Position numbers and translations under genes: made by a program. A model generated the notes under the pieces. The model searched no databases. It had not been told where the DNA came from and saw nothing but the letters and a program-made list of their open reading frames with translations. Positions 58,552-64,000 of a stretch of 64,000 bases of DNA are shown here, piece after piece. Position 1 is the first letter of the stretch. Each line of letters begins with the position of its first letter. Location of the stretch: contig OZ240215.1 in assembly GCA_965197585.1 (NCBI GenBank), positions 1,696,001 through 1,760,000 of the forward strand, in the 5' to 3' direction. The stretch is from Dehalococcoidia bacterium (GTDB lineage Bacteria > Chloroflexota > Dehalococcoidia > Plut-88900).

Positions 58552-59496
58552 ATGCAGTTCGGATGTACCCTTCCCAACAGAGGAGACCTTACCTCAGCCG
58601 AGAACCTTAAAGTCATGGCCCAAACCGCCGAGAAAAACGACTTCGATTCCGTCTGGGTAAGCGACCACATCGTCATCCCCACCGACATCGCACCCCTCTA
58701 CCCCTACAGCGAATCCGGTGAACTCCCCTTCAACCCCGACTCCCCATACTGCGAACCCCTAACCACCCTCGCCTTCCTCTCAGGCGTCACTGGTTCCGTC
58801 CGGCTCGGCACCCACGTCCTAGTCCTGCCCTACAGGAACCCGGTGCTGGCCGCCAAGATGATATCCACCCTGGACTTCCTTTCCGGCGGAAGGGTAATCA
58901 TGGGCATCGGAGCAGGGTGGATGGAGGAGGAATTCGAAGCCCTTGACTCCCCTCCTTTCCCCCAACGAGGCCGAGTCACTGACGAATACTTAGAAATATA
59001 TAGAGAGCTCTGGACCAACCCCAACCCCGAGTTCAAGAGCGAGTTCGCCCACGCCTCTGGTTACAAATTCTCACCCAAGCCTGTCCAGCAGCCAGGGCCA
59101 CCCATCTGGGTCGGCGGCCACAGCGGTCCCGCCATCCGACGCGCCGCTCGATTCGGAGACGCTTGGCTCCCAATCGGTCTCCGTGGCACCGCCGGCCTCG
59201 AACCCGATGAGCTCAAAAGCAAAATACAGCACCTGGCCTCCCTCACCGAAAAAGCAGGCCGAGACCCGACCTCCGTCAAGACCTGCTTCAGCACCGACCT
59301 CGGCTTCGATTACGGCCCTGATAGCTCCGAGCGCAGGACCCTCTCTGGCAGCCCAGAGCAGATCGCCCAGGATATCCGCCGTTACGCAGAGGTGGGGGTA
59401 GAGTACTTCCTCTTCTCCTACAGATCAGGTTCTGTGACCGAGGTCCTCGAGTCCATGGAGCAGTTCGCCACCGAAGTCAGACCCCTCGTAGCTTGA
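58552..59496 (+). CDS. LLM class, probably F420-dependent, oxidoreductase
   Basis: FDSVWVSDHIVIP, LPYRNPVLAAK, GIGAGWMEEEF, PPIWVGG. Confidence 0.88.
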   Translation: MQFGCTLPNRGDLTSAENLKVMAQTAEKNDFDSVWVSDHIVIPTDIAPLYPYSESGELPFNPDSPYCEPLTTLAFLSGVTGSVRLGTHVLVLPYRNPVLAAKMISTLDFLSGGRVIMGIGAGWMEEEFEALDSPPFPQRGRVTDEYLEIYRELWTNPNPEFKSEFAHASGYKFSPKPVQQPGPPIWVGGHSGPAIRRAARFGDAWLPIGLRGTAGLEPDELKSKIQHLASLTEKAGRDPTSVKTCFSTDLGFDYGPDSSERRTLSGSPEQIAQDIRRYAEVGVEYFLFSYRSGSVTEVLESMEQFATEVRPLVA

Positions 59497-59530
59497 TGTC
59501 TTCAAGTCGATTCTCGAGCCTCCAGAAATA

Positions 59531-60163
59531 ATGGATCCCACCCGCTTCGATCTCCAGCACATCCACACCGCCAGTAACGTCAAGGAACTCGCCGAGCGAT
59601 ATGACCGCATGGCCGACAACTACGACGATTCCCTGGAAGGGGATTGGGGCTGGACTTCGCCCGAATACACCGCAGAAGTCCTCTCTCGATACGCGTCCCC
59701 CACCGCCCGAGTCCTCGACGCTGGCGCCGGTACCGGCCTCGTTGCCCAGGCCCTCTTCAGACGCGGCTACCGGAACTTATTCGGTATCGACATGGCCCAC
59801 GAGATGATGAGGAAAGCCTTGCCAAAGAGAGTCTATCGAGGCCTCTACCGCGTCGAGTTGGGCGAACCTCTACCCTTCCAATCAGACCAATTCGACGCCG
59901 TTATCTCCGTTGGCACTATGGCAATGGGACACGCCCCGGCCCACTGCCTTGAAGAGCTGGTGCGCGTGACCCGACCCGGAGGCCACATCGCCTACACCCT
60001 CCGACCCGTCGTCTACAAGCACATGGGCTTTGAGAAAGTCCAGGACTCCTTGGAGTCCCGAGGCCAATGGAAGTTTCTGGAAAAGACCCTCCCCTTCGCC
60101 CCGATGCCTAAGAAAGAACCCGACTTCTATTACGAGGTCTGGGTCTACCAGGTCACTCGATAG
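59531..60163 (+). CDS. Class I SAM-dependent methyltransferase
   Basis: VLDAGAGTG; FDAVISVG; ELVRVTRPGG. Confidence 0.88.
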   Translation: MDPTRFDLQHIHTASNVKELAERYDRMADNYDDSLEGDWGWTSPEYTAEVLSRYASPTARVLDAGAGTGLVAQALFRRGYRNLFGIDMAHEMMRKALPKRVYRGLYRVELGEPLPFQSDQFDAVISVGTMAMGHAPAHCLEELVRVTRPGGHIAYTLRPVVYKHMGFEKVQDSLESRGQWKFLEKTLPFAPMPKKEPDFYYEVWVYQVTR

Positions 60164-60178
60164 TCCGCCAGATAGTCC

Positions 60179-61858
60179 TTATCCCGTGACCTTCAGCGTC
60201 CTCAACCTGTTAATCGCCGCCGCCAGTTCCTGAGGCCGGAAATACGCCAAATTGCCGGGGAGGGGCCGAGGCGTCAACGCATCTAACCCCGAATCCTCAA
60301 TCACCCTCTGCACTTCATCGATGATACCCCTCACATCCGTCCCGCTGGTCCTTACCATTTCTGCCATGGCCTGACCTATAGCCTCTACCTGCCCGTGCTC
60401 CACTAGCTGTTCCACCGCCGTTAGATCGATGTCGCTCTCCCCGTAAGTCAGCGTCTTCAACCCCCGAGGCCGCGTATATGACGACCTCCGGCCCTTCACC
60501 GCGTTCAACGTTCCGGGCATGGGTTTCCTTCTCAATGATGGCTCGAACGCGCCCGCCTGCGCTCCTTTTCTCCCTGTCGGGTAGACCCGAGCCACCTCCC
60601 GAGCCTCCTTAGTCGAGTCCACCGGCACGTATTCCACCATCGATATCACCGTGTCAGCCGCCTCGAAGTAGTCCCCCGAGCCCCCCATCACCAGCACTGT
60701 CGACACCCCGTGCTCCGTGTACATCTGCCTAACCCGGTCCAGAAACGGCGTTATCGGCTCGTGCCCCTTCTCTATCAGCGCCTCCATCCTTCGGTCCCGG
60801 ATCATGAAGTTCGTCGCCGAGGAGTCCTCGTCCAACAGCAATACCCTGCACCCCGACTCCAGCGCCTCGATGATGTTAGCCGCCTGTGACGTAGCCCCGC
60901 TCGCGTTTGGCGTGCTGAACTGCCTGGTATCAAGGCCGCCCGGCAGACCCGATATGAACGGCGATATGTCCACGCCCGCCACACTTCGCCCATCTTCCGC
61001 CCTGATCTTTACCGCCGTAGGGTCCGTCACTACCAGCTCCCGACCATCCCCCGGTACGTGGTTGTATACGCCCCTTTCCAGCGACCTCAACAATGTCGAC
61101 TTCCCGTGAAACCCGCCCCCGACTATCAGCGTGACTCCCTTAGGAACCCCCATCCCCACCACCCGACCCCTATTAGGCAGCGTGAACTCCCGACGTAACG
61201 TCTCCGGCGAACGGAACGGAATTCCTCCGGCCAAAGGCCCGGCCTCCACCCCGCGCTTTCTGGGAAGTATGCTGCCATCCGCCACAAACGCCACTAACCC
61301 CGCCACGTCCAGCATGCCTCTCAGACTGTCCGCGTCCTCTGCTGCCAGCACGTGCCTCGTCACCGCATCTCCGTCTACATTCTCGTACAGCAGCGACGCG
61401 TACACTGCTTCCGGCAGCCGTCTCACCAGAATGTCCTCCGCCTCCCGACCCAGCACCCTCCTCCCCGCCGCTGGCAGCCCAACCAGGAATCGCACCTCCA
61501 CCGACTCCCCATCTACCAGCACCGCGCTCCTCTCCAAAACCTCTTGCCCTGGTAAAGTCGCCGGCCTCATCCCCCCGTCCCTCGTTGCCACCCTACCAAG
61601 AGCCCCGATCCACGATCTCAATATCCAATCCCGCAGTGCTATCTCCCGGGACCTGGACTCAAACAGATGTGCCGGGAACCGAGCCACTCTCTGCGGCACC
61701 CTAACATGAACTCTGCTCGGCGATGCGAACGGGTCTCCCTGCACGTGGTCGATGTTCAGCGTGAACACGTCGAAAGCGAACCGCTGACCGATCAGCTCCT
61801 TGTACGCCCCGTACCCCCGACCATCGATCTCCCTCAATATTGACCTGAGTCTCTCCAC
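60179..61858 (-). CDS. ABC-class ATPase domain protein
   Basis: DHVQGDPFASPS, GGGFHGKST Walker A, ASGATSQAANI, LLLDED Walker B. Confidence 0.88.
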   Translation of the reverse strand: MERLRSILREIDGRGYGAYKELIGQRFAFDVFTLNIDHVQGDPFASPSRVHVRVPQRVARFPAHLFESRSREIALRDWILRSWIGALGRVATRDGGMRPATLPGQEVLERSAVLVDGESVEVRFLVGLPAAGRRVLGREAEDILVRRLPEAVYASLLYENVDGDAVTRHVLAAEDADSLRGMLDVAGLVAFVADGSILPRKRGVEAGPLAGGIPFRSPETLRREFTLPNRGRVVGMGVPKGVTLIVGGGFHGKSTLLRSLERGVYNHVPGDGRELVVTDPTAVKIRAEDGRSVAGVDISPFISGLPGGLDTRQFSTPNASGATSQAANIIEALESGCRVLLLDEDSSATNFMIRDRRMEALIEKGHEPITPFLDRVRQMYTEHGVSTVLVMGGSGDYFEAADTVISMVEYVPVDSTKEAREVARVYPTGRKGAQAGAFEPSLRRKPMPGTLNAVKGRRSSYTRPRGLKTLTYGESDIDLTAVEQLVEHGQVEAIGQAMAEMVRTSGTDVRGIIDEVQRVIEDSGLDALTPRPLPGNLAYFRPQELAAAINRLRTLKVTG

Positions 61859-61978
61859 GTATCTCTCCGGTCCCGTCTTTTATTTCCTGCGATAATGTGA
61901 GAAAACTATATCAGCCCCTTCAACACACAGGGGCGATCTCCACAACCCTATTTCTACTGACCCCCATAAGGAGCAAAC

Positions 61979-64000
61979 ATGGCGACCGGCCCCGCCCGAC
62001 AACTACCCAACTCCGTCCTTCCCAAGAAATACCGTCTTTCCCTCACCCCCGACCTCCAGAACTTCACTTTCGAGGGCCAGCTCGACGTCGATGTGAACAT
62101 AGAAATCCCAGTCACTGACATCGTACTCAACGCCGCGGAGCTTACACTCCACGAGGCAACTCTTTCTCAGGGGGAAACCACAATCCAGGCTCGCTCAATT
62201 GCCGTCGATGGAGAAGCCGAAACGGCTACCATCACCCTGGAGGCGGAGGCCGTCCCCGGCCCCGCCACCCTGTCCATCTCCTATCGTGGCACCCTTAATG
62301 ACCAACTTAAAGGCTTTTACCGCAGCCGCTACCAGGACACCGAGGGCAACGAGCAGTACCTTGCAACCACTCAATTTGAGGCCACCGACGCCCGACGCGC
62401 GCTGCCATGCTGGGACGAACCCGCTCTCAAGGCAACTTTCCAGGTCTCCATGACTGTCCCGTCTAACCTCACCGCCGTCTCCAATACCCCTGCGGTAAGT
62501 GAGTCCGACGCGGGGAATGGCCTAAGGACAGTCTCCTTCGCAGAAACTCCTCGCATGTCCACCTATCTCCTGGCCTTCATCGTCGGTGACCTCGCCAGCG
62601 TAGAAGCCACCGCACCTAACGGTACCCTCATGCGTGTCTTCGCCACCCGAGGCAATGAGCATCTCGGCCAATTTGCCCTCGATACCGCCATTCGTCTCCT
62701 GGAGTATTACAACGACTATTTCGGCATCCCCTATCCCTTGGATAAGCTCGACCACTTCGCCATCCCCGACTTCGCCGCCGGAGCTATGGAGAACTGGGGT
62801 GCGATCACATACCGTGAGGTAGCCCTCCTCTTCGACCCCGATAACTCCGCCGCCCCGACCCGGCAGCGCATCGTCGAGATCATCGCCCACGAAATGGCCC
62901 ACATGTGGTTCGGCGACCTCGTTACCATGGACTGGTGGGACGACCTATGGCTCAACGAAAGCTTCGCCTCTTGGATGGGCAACAAAGCCACCGACGCCCT
63001 CTACCCCGAGTGGTCAATGTGGACACAGTTTTTGTATCAGGATATCGGTGAGGGCCTCCGCATTGACGCTCTTCGCAATTCGCACCCCATCGAGGCCAAC
63101 GTCAAGGATCCCGGAGAAATCCGGGAAATATTCGACGCCATTTCTTACAGCAAGGGTGCTTCCATTCTCTGGATGCTCGAGCAGTATCTTGGTGAAGACG
63201 CCTTCCGAAAAGGCCTTCACGCCTACCTCTCCCGACACATGTACGGCAACGCCCGTGGCGCCGACCTCTGGCAGGCCATGGAAGACGAGTCCGGTCAGCC
63301 CGTCATTTCGCTCATGGACTCCTGGATCAAGCAGACTGGCTTCCCCGTCCTCACCGTCGAGACCTCCACGGACGGCAAATCTTTGAATCTAACCCAAGAA
63401 CGCTTCCTGTACGACCGCCTCGCCGGTCAGGACCCCGGCCCCACCACCTGGAAGGTCCCTGTCAGTGTCATCACCTCCGATAGCGCTCCCATCCCACCTG
63501 TCCTTATGGAAAGTTCCAGTATTACAATCCCTGGAGAGCCGGAAACCGGTGAGAGTCGTTGGACTAAAGTTAACCCTGGCCAAACGGGCTTCTACCGAGT
63601 CCGCTACTCCCCCGACGCCCTCTCCCCCCTACTCGATGCTGCCTCCTCACTCGAGCTTCCTCCTATCGACCGCCTCGGCCTTCAGTCTGATCTCTTTGCC
63701 CTCGTGCGCGCCGGTATGGAGCCCGCAACCCGATACCTGGACCTCGTCGGCGCCTACAAAGCCGAGACCGACGCCACAGTATGGACCGACCTGTCCACCA
63801 ACCTCCGCGAGCTCGAAGTCCTCCTCGCCGACCACCCGTCCCTAGATCAGCTGCGGGCCTTCAATAAGTCCGTCTATGAAGACATTGCGTCACGGCTTGG
63901 CTGGGAAGAGTCTCCCGGCGAAGGCCACCTCGACGCCCTGCTCCGCACTACTGTCCTGGCCCGCGCAGGCGGCCTCGGTAACGAGTCCGTCTTGGAAGAG
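61979..64000 (+). CDS. pepN: M1 family aminopeptidase (partial; runs off window end)
   Basis: Not in the ORF track; ATG 61979 after AAGGAG; TQFEATDARR, GAMENWG, HEMAH...WLNES zinc motif. Confidence 0.93.
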   Translation, partial: MATGPARQLPNSVLPKKYRLSLTPDLQNFTFEGQLDVDVNIEIPVTDIVLNAAELTLHEATLSQGETTIQARSIAVDGEAETATITLEAEAVPGPATLSISYRGTLNDQLKGFYRSRYQDTEGNEQYLATTQFEATDARRALPCWDEPALKATFQVSMTVPSNLTAVSNTPAVSESDAGNGLRTVSFAETPRMSTYLLAFIVGDLASVEATAPNGTLMRVFATRGNEHLGQFALDTAIRLLEYYNDYFGIPYPLDKLDHFAIPDFAAGAMENWGAITYREVALLFDPDNSAAPTRQRIVEIIAHEMAHMWFGDLVTMDWWDDLWLNESFASWMGNKATDALYPEWSMWTQFLYQDIGEGLRIDALRNSHPIEANVKDPGEIREIFDAISYSKGASILWMLEQYLGEDAFRKGLHAYLSRHMYGNARGADLWQAMEDESGQPVISLMDSWIKQTGFPVLTVETSTDGKSLNLTQERFLYDRLAGQDPGPTTWKVPVSVITSDSAPIPPVLMESSSITIPGEPETGESRWTKVNPGQTGFYRVRYSPDALSPLLDAASSLELPPIDRLGLQSDLFALVRAGMEPATRYLDLVGAYKAETDATVWTDLSTNLRELEVLLADHPSLDQLRAFNKSVYEDIASRLGWEESPGEGHLDALLRTTVLARAGGLGNESVLEE

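Overview
GC-rich bacterial chromosome segment, most consistent with Chloroflexota (Dehalococcoidia/SAR202-like). This is inferred from the expanded amidohydrolase, CoA-transferase and luciferase-like paralogues, not from a search. Housekeeping genes (selB partial, hemW, ychF, ald, cobB-like, recF, tatA/B/C, rpsT, rel, dinB, pepN partial) are interspersed with catabolic enzymes, toxin-antitoxin genes, two integrase-core IS elements and several nested REP/MITE repeat families. The most notable observation is a pair of paralogous ~600-680 nt apparently non-coding loci (~32167-32800 and ~50955-51667). Both have a sigma70-like promoter overlapped by a LexA-like box in identical register, a conserved ~170-180 nt 5' domain and a conserved long-range helix. 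That helix encloses a sequence-divergent multi-hairpin domain, and both loci end in a conserved 3' tail. I do not recognise this family; it is a candidate SOS-regulated large structured RNA.
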